Shown here in pieces: positions 51,553-61,901 of a stretch of 64,000 nucleotides of DNA. Numbering within the stretch: position 1 is the first letter of the stretch; every line of letters starts with the position of its first letter. The DNA comes from Minutocellus sp. GHC0000111. Lineage: Eukaryota. The notes beneath the pieces are model-generated. The model did no database searches, had not been told where the DNA came from, and saw only the letters and a list, made by a program, of their open reading frames with translations. The position numbers and the translations under genes were made by a program. Location: positions 3,782,001 through 3,846,000 of the forward strand of contig OZ361257.1 of the NCBI GenBank assembly GCA_977018835.1. The letters run 5' to 3'.

Positions 51553-52134
51553 CTACACGTAGGCCTTGCTTAGTTGAAGTATGAGTGTCTCAAGTATCTG
51601 TAGTCTACGTACTCGGTATCGGTATTGCGCTTACGTAATCTACATGTAGTACATGTAGATTACCGGTCGGTAATACACATGTACCAATTGGTAGATCTAG
51701 ATCTACATGTACACCTTTATCGTCGAGCGATACATGTACATGTAGATCTAGATGTACCTAGGTAGATCTTGTTACATGTAGATACCGGTATATATTACAA
51801 ATCAGCAAAGAATGTCACTAGTAGGCGAGATGTAGATCCACATGTGGTGCCGGGATCTAGACGAGATCTACCGGTAGGAATTTCTACATGTGTCCGCCCT
51901 CTCATTTTTATTTTATATACATCTACCGGTACATATTACATACTACCGGTAACTTACCGGTACACCGGTACCCTTCCTACATGTAGATCTAGATCTAGAG
52001 TCTATATCTACCGGTCGGTAGATCTAGATAGCTATGTGTCCGATCGATGGGTTCGAGGCCTTTTTTTAACCTGTAGATCTAGACCTAGAGTCTACATGTA
52101 GATCTACATGTAAAGTAAACCACCACCACGCCTA
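51553..52134. repeat. Tract composed mostly of TA-bounded short palindromes (TAGATCTA, TACATGTA, TACCGGTA)
   Basis: Directly visible, e.g. tagatctagatctacatgta and taccggtacaccggta. Confidence 0.9.
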
Positions 52135-52151
52135 GAGTAAATGTCTAATTA

Positions 52152-52343
52152 CAGTCCGTCCCCGAAAATAAGCATATTCAATATGCTTGTGTGAGACCTC
52201 AGATTCTGGGCATGTTGCTTATTCTAAGGCACCAATCGGTTCACCGATTGGTACCTAATTCACACAGAATTCCTTATTCCAAAATAAGCACATTCAGACC
52301 TCAGCTCCAGAATGGATATGTGCTTATTTTCGGGGACGGACTG
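52152..52343. mobile_element. 192-bp Tc1/mariner-type MITE, CAGT...ACTG termini, TA TSD
   Basis: Perfect 23-bp TIR CAGTCCGTCCCCGAAAATAAGCA; empty site ATGTCTAGT-TA-AGAAATTG at about 57357. Confidence 0.95.
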
Positions 52344-52758
52344 TAAGAAATTGAAAATAGGAAATGCTATAAAGACATGAGTGTTCGTCGAAACACCCCG
52401 AACGGCACGGTTTTGGATAGCTCTCGATGAGGAGAAGAGCAAGAGAAAATTTTAAACGGCTGAAAATTTCCATGCCGTCGTGAGATTTGCAGAACTTCGA
52501 TTTTTGGGCATCGCCGGACGATTTCTAAAACTGCCCAATTAAGAAATACTAACTTCACCGCGTAAAAGTATTGCTAGTAGAAGCTAGTAGGTATACTGAA
52601 CTTACAAAAACGCACATAACTTTTCCCCAGTCCTCAGATTTCCAAAAACTCACCGGATATGAGCTCCTCTCGACGAGCTGAATCCAGTGAGCTATCAAAA
52701 GCCACCAAGAGAAAAATATTTCTAAAAACCAACTTTTTAGCTAGTACCGGTAGATCTA

Positions 52759-53264
52759 CAGTCCGTGCGCACACCAATAAGCATGTCCATTTTTGAGCTG
52801 AGGTCTCAATATGCTTATGTTGGGGCAAAACCTGAGGTCTGACTTAAGCTTATGCTTATTTGATGATGATGTGGCAGCACCATGTAGCAAAGTAAGGTCT
52901 AAGGAGAGAAATACATGCATGGAGCTTTTACTCTACCTACACGTAGCTAGATCTTCATGCAAACCTCTCCAGACCGCCAGCAAGCCTTACATGTACATGT
53001 ACTCCAACATGACAACGCACCAAGACTTCAGTCCGACCTGCAGTGAAGCCTCATCGTCACCTGAAAGGAGCTTTTCAAAGTCCCCATCGGGAAGACATGA
53101 CCACCACCGAAGGACTGCGAGGGCCTTGCCCATGATCTCAGAGGCCTGCCATGAGAGAAAAATAAGCATAGCGCTGAAGCTGAGGTCTCATTATGCTTAT
53201 CAGAGGCAAAAATCTGAGGTCTCAAACAAGCATATCAAATATGCTTATTGGTGTGCACGGACTG
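52759..53264. mobile_element. 506-bp MITE of the same CAGTCCGT family, TA TSD
   Basis: TA|CAGTCCGTGCGCACACCAATAAGCAT ... ATGCTTATTGGTGTGCACGGACTG|TA; internal CTGAGGTCT and ATGCTTAT repeats. Confidence 0.9.
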
Positions 53265-56200
53265 TAGTAGCAGTATGGTACATGCACAATGGGCTCTGGA
53301 GACCCCACTCCTTAGATCTAGATCTATATAGATCTAATTGCCGTACCCATTTCTTAATACCGGTAGTGCAAATAGATCTAGATACATGTATAGAGTGCTC
53401 TAGATTTCTATATATGACATTTAGGTTCTACTCTAGGTCTAGGAATTCCTAGACTCTAGATCTAGATCTACATGTACATGTACATTCTATTCTATTTGAC
53501 TACCTATCTTTTGACGGGACATGGAAAGAAGGCGCGCCTGACTGACCTCCGGACTGTACATGTAGTCTGTCTATTACATGTAGATCTAGAAGATCTAGAT
53601 CTACGGTACCCTACATGTATTTGTGGTCCCAAAGATAAATCTACACAAAAAACCGGTAGATCTATATACAGTGTGTACCGGTAGATCTAGAACTAGACTA
53701 CATGTACAGGTAGATCTACATTCTTCTTCATGCAGATCTAGATCTAGATCTAGAGAACTCCTAGAGTAGATGACGCATTAAGATCCAGCAGATTGAATTC
53801 AGAGTTTATTTTTTGTTCCGTTTGTAGTGTTATCACTTTCTCTGCAGTTTTGGACAGCTCAGAACATGCTGAGTCTGGGAAAAATTGTCCGGTAAAATTA
53901 TTTGATGTCTATCTCGAGATATCGGGAATTTTGTCTGGAGGCCGAATCTGCCAGCAAATCTTGATGAGTACCAATTTAGAGGCGCTAGTAAAACTACTAA
54001 CAAACACTAACAAGATACCAATACCCCTCCTAATAGTGTCCCTATTACTTATTACTAGTAGTTACTAGGGGGTGGGGCCCTGTCGATGAGCTGCCTCTTA
54101 ATGAGTCATGCCTCTTCATGAATCAACTACTCTACTAGATCTAGCTACACATGTAGATCTAGATCTAGCGGCATTCTTTGCTGATTTGTACATGTAGATC
54201 TAGATCTACCTAATGTCTAGAAGAGATCTATATTATTATAGATCTAGACGCGTCGTCGTCAGCAAAATCTTACATGTAGATCTACATGTAGATCTAGATC
54301 TACGTAAAACGTTTTTATCAAATTGTCCTTGCAAGGATCTACATGTAGTCTAGATCTAGATCTAGATCTACATTACTCTAGATCTACATAGATCTACATA
54401 ATGAGACTGGTGGTAGGTGCTCTGATAGTGACGGATTCTCGGCTCGTCATTCGAGTCGAGAATATGGTTACTATGAGCAGTTTAGAGGATTTAGAAGTGG
54501 ACCTGAACGGCACTATGAGTAATTATTTGCGGCTGGCTTTGCTTGTCCTACTTTCTTCGCTCCTCATCTACTGATTATGTCGATCCATCCTATAAACGTC
54601 TACGTAGAAAATCGTTATACATGTAGATCTTAGATCTAGATCTACATGTGTACCGGTACCGGTAGGATCCTAGACTCTAGACTAGAGCTACTACGTAGAT
54701 CTAGCTACGTAGCTATAGATCCAGCTCTACGCTTACATGTATTAGCTACACAATGTATGTAGGCTCGATACTCTAAGTCGAACAGGGAGACAATTCGTTG
54801 ACGTCTACTTCTATGTCGTCGGCAGTAAACGGTTCTGTGATGACGGCCTCGTTGGTAGTGATGAGGGAACATTGGGTGTAGGTTGGTCCATGATGAAACT
54901 CGCAACTACATGTATTGCAGAAACGAGGTCGGCTGAGAGGGGACAGGCACGTGGTCTCAAACAAGCATATCAAATATGCTTATTGGTGTGCACGGACTGT
55001 AGTAGCAGTATGGTACATGCACAATGGGCTCTGGAGACCCCACTCCTTAGATCTAGATCTATATAGATCTAATTGCCGTACCCATTTCTTAATACCGGTA
55101 GTGCAAATAGATCTAGATACATGTATAGAGTGCTCTAGATTTCTATATATGACATTTAGGTTCTACTCTAGGTCTAGGAATTCCTAGACTCTAGATCTAG
55201 ATCTACATGTACATGTACATTCTATTCTATTTGACTACCTATCTTTTGACGGGACATGGAAAGAAGGCGCGCCTGACTGACCTCCGGACTGTACATGTAG
55301 TCTGTCTATTACATGTAGATCTAGAAGATCTAGATCTACGGTACCCTACATGTATTTGTGGTCCCAAAGATAAATCTACACAAAAAACCGGTAGATCTAT
55401 ATACAGTGTGTACCGGTAGATCTAGAACTAGACTACATGTACAGGTAGATCTACATTCTTCTTCATGCAGATCTAGATCTAGATCTAGAGAACTCCTAGA
55501 GTAGATGACGCATTAAGATCCAGCAGATTGAATTCAGAGTTTATTTTTTGTTCCGTTTGTAGTGTTATCACTTTCTCTGCAGTTTTGGACAGCTCAGAAC
55601 ATGCTGAGTCTGGGAAAAATTGTCCGGTAAAATTATTTGATGTCTATCTCGAGATATCGGGAATTTTGTCTGGAGGCCGAATCTGCCAGCAAATCTTGAT
55701 GAGTACCAATTTAGAGGCGCTAGTAAAACTACTAACAAACACTAACAAGATACCAATACCCCTCCTAATAGTGTCCCTATTACTTATTACTAGTAGTTAC
55801 TAGGGGGTGGGGCCCTGTCGATGAGCTGCCTCTTAATGAGTCATGCCTCTTCATGAATCAACTACTCTACTAGATCTAGCTACACATGTAGATCTAGATC
55901 TAGCGGCATTCTTTGCTGATTTGTACATGTAGATCTAGATCTACCTAATGTCTAGAAGAGATCTATATTATTATAGATCTAGACGCGTCGTCGTCAGCAA
56001 AATCTTACATGTAGATCTACATGTAGATCTAGATCTACGTAAAACGTTTTTATCAAATTGTCCTTGCAAGGATCTACATGTAGTCTAGATCTAGATCTAG
56101 ATCTACATTACTCTAGATCTACATAGATCTACATAATGAGACTGGTGGTAGGTGCTCTGATAGTGACGGATTCTCGGCTCGTCATTCGAGTCGAGAATAT

Positions 56201-56686
56201 GGTTACTATGAGCAGTTTAGAGGATTTAGAAGTGGACCTGAACGGCACTATGAGTAATTATTTGCGGCTGGCTTTGCTTGTCCTACTTTCTTCGCTCCTC
56301 ATCTACTGATTATGTCGATCCATCCTATAAACGTCTACGTAGAAAATCGTTATACATGTAGATCTTAGATCTAGATCTACATGTGTACCGGTACCGGTAG
56401 GATCCTAGACTCTAGACTAGAGCTACTACGTAGATCTAGCTACGTAGCTATAGATCCAGCTCTACGCTTACATGTATTAGCTACACAATGTATGTAGGCT
56501 CGATACTCTAAGTCGAACAGGGAGACAATTCGTTGACGTCTACTTCTATGTCGTCGGCAGTAAACGGTTCTGTGATGACGGCCTCGTTGGTAGTGATGAG
56601 GGAACATTGGGTGTAGGTTGGTCCATGATGAAACTCGCAACTACATGTATTGCAGAAAGGAGGTCGGCTGAGAGGGGACAGGCACG
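53218..56686. repeat. Near-perfect tandem duplication, period 1735 bp (53218-54951 and 54953-56686)
   Basis: ORF track repeats with offset 1735; one substitution seen (54924 C vs 56659 G). Confidence 0.95.
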
Positions 56687-57270
56687 GCGGGCCGAGGTAC
56701 CCGATGTATCGACAATTCCTACAGATTGTAGGGCCTTGATCGTTGCTCGGTGTTGATGGCTCGACAGCGACGACGGTTCGAGATCGTCTCGGTGGGATCT
56801 GCCCTGGTATCGTTGGCTTGAATGTAGTATATGAGCCAGGGTCGAGTTCAAGATAGATCTACTTCTCCATTATGGATGGCCAGGCCTCTGATTGCACTAA
56901 TTGGAACAGCGGGTGGATTTGAGGGGTGACGGTGATGGTGCCAGCTCTTTTAATGTACGGAGCCTTCGCTGCTACTCCTCCGATACGTCTCAAGCTGTCG
57001 GTGTGGGAGTGGCCAGTCGAGCGTGCTACCGGTACCGTCCGTGTCCCCTATGATCAACGCTCTTACTACATGTAATGCTACAGTAGCATCGGTACATATG
57101 CTTATATAAGTGAGAACGGACTGTAATAGCAACGGTCGAAGATGACACAGAAGTACCCGAGCCGAGAAGAACTACCAGGAGCCAATCAGCCAGACTTAAT
57201 CTGGCAGCTACCTTCGAAGGCTTCGTACCGGCAAACAATCCCAACGCTTCGAGAGACCGTGACCTCGAGT
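56510..57270. pseudogene. Disrupted, internally inverted paralog of the Cys-rich ORF at 63426
   Basis: Minus strand WPSIMEK*IYLELDPGSYTTFKP...IPPRR...CLSPLSRPPFC matches WPRMMERYLGIEPGTYKTFKP...IPPRR...CLSPLSRPPLC. Plus strand SPMINALT...ATVASV matches SPMINALTEATVTSV. Confidence 0.75.
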
Positions 57271-57341
57271 ACATGTAGATCTAGATCTAGAGTCTAGATC
57301 TTTACAAGTGCTGATCCCCACCTCACCCTCACTCAATCTTA

Positions 57342-57828
57342 GAGTAAATGTCTAGTTAAGAAATTGAAAATAGAACATGCTACAAATACACGAGCATTCG
57401 TCGAATCGTCGCAAATGGCACGGTTTTGGATAGCTCTTGATGAGTAGATTAAGAGAAAATTTTGAACTGCGGAAAAATTCCATGTCGTCGATGAGTTTTG
57501 CAGTGCTTCGATTTTTCGGCATCGCCGGACGATTTCTAAAACTGCCCAATTAAGAAATACTAACTTCACCGTGTAAAAGCATTGCTAGTAGGAGCTAGTA
57601 GGTGTACTGAACTTACAAAAACGCACATAACTTTCCCCCCAGTCCTCAGATTTCCAAAAACTCACCGGATTTGAGCTCCTCTCGACGAGCTGAATCCAGC
57701 GAGCTATCAAACGCCCCCCAGAAAACATTTCGATAACTGCACTTTTTTACTAGTAGAAGCATGGGAGGGAGGGCTCTGGATGCCCCATTTCTTAATCGTA
57801 CCCATTTCTTAACATGGCATTTATATCC
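57342..57828. mobile_element. Second copy of the GA...TC element without nested MITEs
   Basis: TA|GAGTAAATGTCT; long collinear match to 52344-52745; degenerate right end GGCATTTATATCC|TA. Confidence 0.75.
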
Positions 57829-58333
57829 TACAAAGTTTACAATTGCGATCTTGTTTTTTTATGTTGTTAAGAGGGCGCTGTCCATAACTTTTTGGAAGCC
57901 CCCAAAATGCGTGTTTTGTGCCGTTTTTTCTTCGCACCATCGCCAAAGTTAGCACTCCAACGTGACAATGGGCTCCTCATCGAAGGCCGCCGCTCTCCAC
58001 AGTGGCGAAGAGTCATCGACGTTCCTTTCAGCATTAAGTCGGAAATCCCTCCAGGAACACTTGGTTCAGAGGAACTTCGATGAATCAACTCTCCCTCAGA
58101 AATACAATAGTCGACGTACACATCATCGTCGGATCGACCGAAATTAGTCTCGGCCGACGCATAACCAGCATTGGTGGTGCTGGTGGGAAGATATCTTGAA
58201 GTTTTGCTGTTGGGAGGTAAGGGGATATTTGTTTGGGGTATTTTTGCACGTCTCCCTCATTTGGGGTTCTTTTTGTAAGGTTCTCATCGAAAAGCGCATC
58301 TTGCGCCAGAACCGACAAAACAAAAAAACAACC

Positions 58334-59926
58334 ATGGAAACATCACGTGCTAACGCCAAGGAGGCAATCCTCTCACTCTTGCTCTCATTCCCAGACGACG
58401 TCAGATGTACTTACTACACTATTGATGAGCTTGTCCGTATCTTGATGCGCGGTGGCGTATCGCCGAGCTTAGAGATCTCTCTTGTTCGATCATCTCTTCA
58501 ACACGTCCCAACACGACACGAGGTCAATATCCAACGACGACGTCCAGAGAAAATATCAGGCCTTGACGTTGCAAAGCCCTTCTACCGCTTCTCCAGAATA
58601 GCCGATAACGCCAGCCCACGCTCTCAACGCAATGGCAAGCGATCACTGCCGACCATACCTGAAAATTACTTCCAGGACGATGAAAAGCATGGGCCCCATC
58701 TCAACGCGATACTGAAATATTATTCCGACAAGAATTCTTCGGGCGGTCGGTCATCTACTCCCACCGCCAACGCTACCGATCGTCCCAACATCACCGGCGT
58801 GCAGCTCAACGGCAAAAGAATTGTGGTTGAGATGAAGCAGCTGCATGATTTCGTACAGAATCTCCACCGATCGTGCGGCAATCTGTATCTCTCGGCCGAG
58901 CCAGTTCGGCGTGGATTCGGCGTTACATTTGAATGGCGATGCGATAGATGCAACCAACCTTTTTCTTTTTGCACTTGGATCGGCCAGAGGTCAGAAGTTG
59001 TGTGCCCCGGCAGAAAGCATTCTAGAAGTCAGGCTGGAATGAACTTGGAGCGGATTGAGGCAGCGGAGATGAGGCCATGTACGCAAGTCGCTTCATGAAT
59101 TTCTGCACGAAGGCCGACATCGTCCATCCGACCGAAAAGAATGCCTTGGAGTGATGGCAAGCTCGATGAGGAATGGAGCTCGGGGAATCAATTCGATGGC
59201 GACATATTGGAGATTAGTGACGACACGATTCGCAAGATGACGCTTGAAATAACCAAGAGAATCAACAAGAACACTGCCGACTCCAACTGCAAGAAGGAAT
59301 CTACCACCGGCGTCGAACAGCTCAACGGGATGGTGACGAAGTTCACGATGGGGAAAAGGCCGAATTTGACTGCTTCAGACGCCTACCCAAATGCAACAAG
59401 TAGAGCCGCTGGCCACAAGTCACTGGGTACGGAATTCAATGAGCGAGTTCTTGGAAAGTTGGGATCGAGGGATTCTCCTACCCGAAAAGATGGATTCGAT
59501 GCAATTGACCGGAAGCTGGAGGGCGACCTTGCGCGTAAGCGCACCGATGAGTACAAAAAGAGCAAGAGCGACAGCAAGCGCCTTCGAGCAGCCTTGCGAA
59601 ACAGAAGCGAGAAAGACGACAAGGACTATGTGTACAAGAAGAACAGGGCCCTAGCTGCTGGTAAGGCGAAACCAGCAAAGCCTGGCCGCAAGAAGAAGAT
59701 TGACCAGCAGTGTCAGAAATGCAAGCAGCTTGGCCACACTCGGGCTGAATGTCAATGCGACGATGCTGACGACGTTGTCGTTTACGCCGGAAAGAAGCGC
59801 AGAAGCCCAGGCAGCAACAAGAAATCTGCAAGAAATAATAAGAAAGCTAAGACAAACTTCGGTGTATCGGCAAATGATGTTAGCTCTTGGATGCCGGCGA
59901 TACTGAGAGAAAATGGCAGCTTGTAA
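58334..59926 (+). pseudogene. Kolobok DDE transposase, frameshifted and internally deleted
   Basis: RIVVEMKQL...HRSC...RRGFGVTFEWRCDRC zinc-finger region; TTGVEQLNGMVTK (catalytic-Glu-like motif); CQKCKQLGHTRAEC knuckle. Frame break at about 59085 and junction at about 59143; no region carrying the two catalytic Asp is visible. Confidence 0.75.
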
Positions 59927-60021
59927 ACACGTGTAAAATTTATTGTGTGCTGTTACTCACGTGCTACGCACATTCTTGTTATCTACATGTGTTGAGGTAA
60001 TGATTATGCATTTTCCTCTTC

Positions 60022-61233
60022 TTATTCCTCTTCATCTTGATGACCAGGGATGAATCCAACATATCGTTCACCTTTATCATTTGGAAAAATGAACCTAATG
60101 CAAAAGACTAGACAGGTTGGCAAGGGCTTCCGATCAAGCCAACCTCTCACATGATACACCTCAGTTGCATAGTACCAATACAGCATGTTCCTCTTCAAAT
60201 TATTTGCCATGGCTTCGACTGGCATGGTGGTTGCGTAGTATTTGTCAGCGATATCCTCCAGGTCCTCCTCCGTCGGCACCAGCATTTCTTCGCAGACGCA
60301 TTTCTGAAAGAAGAGTGTGCCGTACATTGAGCAGCTTCGGTTGGCGGCAGTGCAGCAAGCAGGGGGTATTGGCGGCCTCTCTCTGGTCTCGTCCCAATTA
60401 CCGAATGTGTCTGCCTCCGGCGCTGCCGTCGGATCATCGTCGGCTTCCTCACAAACGGCCACAACAAGAGCATCCGTGTCCGATCTGATCGCTGCTGATG
60501 GCCCACCATCTACCTGCAGAAGTTGGCCCATTCCAACAATATCAAAATCAACTAGTCCAATCCCAGCAGTAGAGTGTATGTCATCATATGGAGCCACATG
60601 CCATCGGTGGAACTTTGTCAATTTGATCACATGGCCCTGTTGTAGACTTCGGGCCTTTTCGGTAATTGTCAGGGCAACACGAGCGACGATAAGCTTTCCG
60701 CTTCCATCAAGCAAAGTAAGCGATGTGGTGTTGAAAGGTCGGCCGTGCGCAGCAAGAGCCGATCCAATATCGATCCGTTTCCCATGAAGTTGAAATATAG
60801 GGAAGAATTCAGGTCCGGCGTCAAACATGGGATCTTGCAATTGATCGACGATGCCGACCGTCAGCCTCAACTTCACATCAGCCACGGACAGGTTGGTAAC
60901 TACGAGGCCGGGCCGCTCAGCAGCGACATCAATATCATCCCGAACATGATACTTATCAGCGCGAGCCTCGACTGCTTTGACAAGATGTTGAAGTGCATGG
61001 CCGACGCCGGGATTGTTCCATAATTCTCGTCCTTGTCCGTTCGGGTCGTTCTCCAACGTGACGGCGAGGCCCTCCAGTATCTCGGTAACGGCGTCTTTCG
61101 CTTTGTCCTCCGCCTTCTCTTTCTTCTTGTCAACAGGCAAAATCGGGCGACCGGAGTTATCTGTCTTGAGTTTCCGCAACCGCGTATCTGCGTTGTGGGC
61201 CGGGCCGGCACTATTATCAGCGCTGCGCTTCAT
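60022..61233 (-). CDS. KolX-like protein (P2X7 cytoplasmic-ballast-like C-terminus) with an upstream OB-fold-like domain
   Basis: Cys cluster CCTAANRSC...CVC, then KRNMLYWYY...RKPLPTCLVFCIRFIFPNDKGERYVGF. TSLTLLDGSGKLIVAR...LQQGHVIKLTKF resembles an RPA70N-type OB fold. Confidence 0.75.
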   Translation of the reverse strand: MKRSADNSAGPAHNADTRLRKLKTDNSGRPILPVDKKKEKAEDKAKDAVTEILEGLAVTLENDPNGQGRELWNNPGVGHALQHLVKAVEARADKYHVRDDIDVAAERPGLVVTNLSVADVKLRLTVGIVDQLQDPMFDAGPEFFPIFQLHGKRIDIGSALAAHGRPFNTTSLTLLDGSGKLIVARVALTITEKARSLQQGHVIKLTKFHRWHVAPYDDIHSTAGIGLVDFDIVGMGQLLQVDGGPSAAIRSDTDALVVAVCEEADDDPTAAPEADTFGNWDETRERPPIPPACCTAANRSCSMYGTLFFQKCVCEEMLVPTEEDLEDIADKYYATTMPVEAMANNLKRNMLYWYYATEVYHVRGWLDRKPLPTCLVFCIRFIFPNDKGERYVGFIPGHQDEEE

Positions 61234-61439
61234 CGTAATGAAGAGGGGGCAGAGCGGCGATTCTCATGGTGGGGTCGAGTTTTTGTCATGCTTCGCTCGT
61301 CATAAGAAATAAGAATAAGGGGGATTAAAACGGGGAAAATTATGGACAGCGCCCTCTTAATATTCGTTCTTACTGATGCAAATGAGGCTACCTATTCAAT
61401 TGAATTTGGTTCTAACTTTTCATTACGATAGATAGATTT

Positions 61440-61860
61440 AAGCTGTTGTATACTTACTTACATGTAGATCTATGTTGTAGTAGAGTCTAGATCTAGCGGG
61501 ACGACACCACCACACCACACCACCACACGTAGGCCTACGTACTAGCTAGGTGGCGAAGATCTACGTAGCTACGTACGTAGTTATCTACTACGTACGTAGC
61601 TAGTAAAAGTACGTACTAGCTAGTACTAGCTACGTACTAGCTAGTAGCTACGTATTAGGAATTCCAAGCTACGTACTCTACTAAGCCTACGTACCTAGGT
61701 ACGTCGCTGGTCTACGTAGTAGTGCTCTAGACAAGCTACTAGCTAGCTAGCACTAGTGCTAGTACGTAGCTTGTTGTCGTGTCTTGTGCGAACTCCCTCC
61801 CACACGTAGGCCTACATGTAGGTAGCCTACATCACAGCAATACAAGTAACGTAGCAAAAA
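61440..61860. repeat. Tract of TACGTA / TAGCTA / TACTAG short palindromes
   Basis: Directly visible: tacgtagctacgtacgtag and tactagctagtagctacgta. Confidence 0.85.
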
Positions 61861-61901
61861 TTCTCCGCCCGAGGGTTTCCGAGAGTTTGTTGTAAACGTA
61901 G

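Larger units (their letters stand above)
52135..53433. mobile_element. Non-autonomous TIR element with GA...TC termini, hosting two nested MITEs
   Basis: Left CCTA|GAGTAAATGTC; right GACATTTA[GGTTCTA]CTC|TAGG; the paralog at 57342-57828 lacks the nested insertions. Confidence 0.7.
57871..61356. mobile_element. Kolobok-like DNA transposon (3486 bp), TTAA TSD, 17-bp perfect TIR, two convergent genes
   Basis: TTAA(57867-57870)|GAGGGCGCTGTCCATAA ... TTATGGACAGCGCCCTC|TTAA(61357-61360). RR...YY termini, TTAA TSD and a transposase + KolX pair are Kolobok hallmarks. Confidence 0.88.

Noticed and set aside
52811..55803. ORFs rich in LDLDL / SRSRS / YMYM
   Set aside because: Translations of TAGATC and TACATG scar arrays and MITE sequence, not genes.
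51553..57340. Palindromes as restriction-site or cloning artefacts (AGATCT, ACATGT, ACCGGT)
   Set aside because: They are nearly always TA-bounded, largely avoid coding DNA, sit within collinear paralogs as simple insertions and are copied in the tandem duplication. Raw-read confirmation is still advisable.
57867..61360. piggyBac assignment based on the TTAA TSD
   Set aside because: Termini are GAGG..CCTC rather than CCY..RGG, and the proteins carry Kolobok-type motifs.
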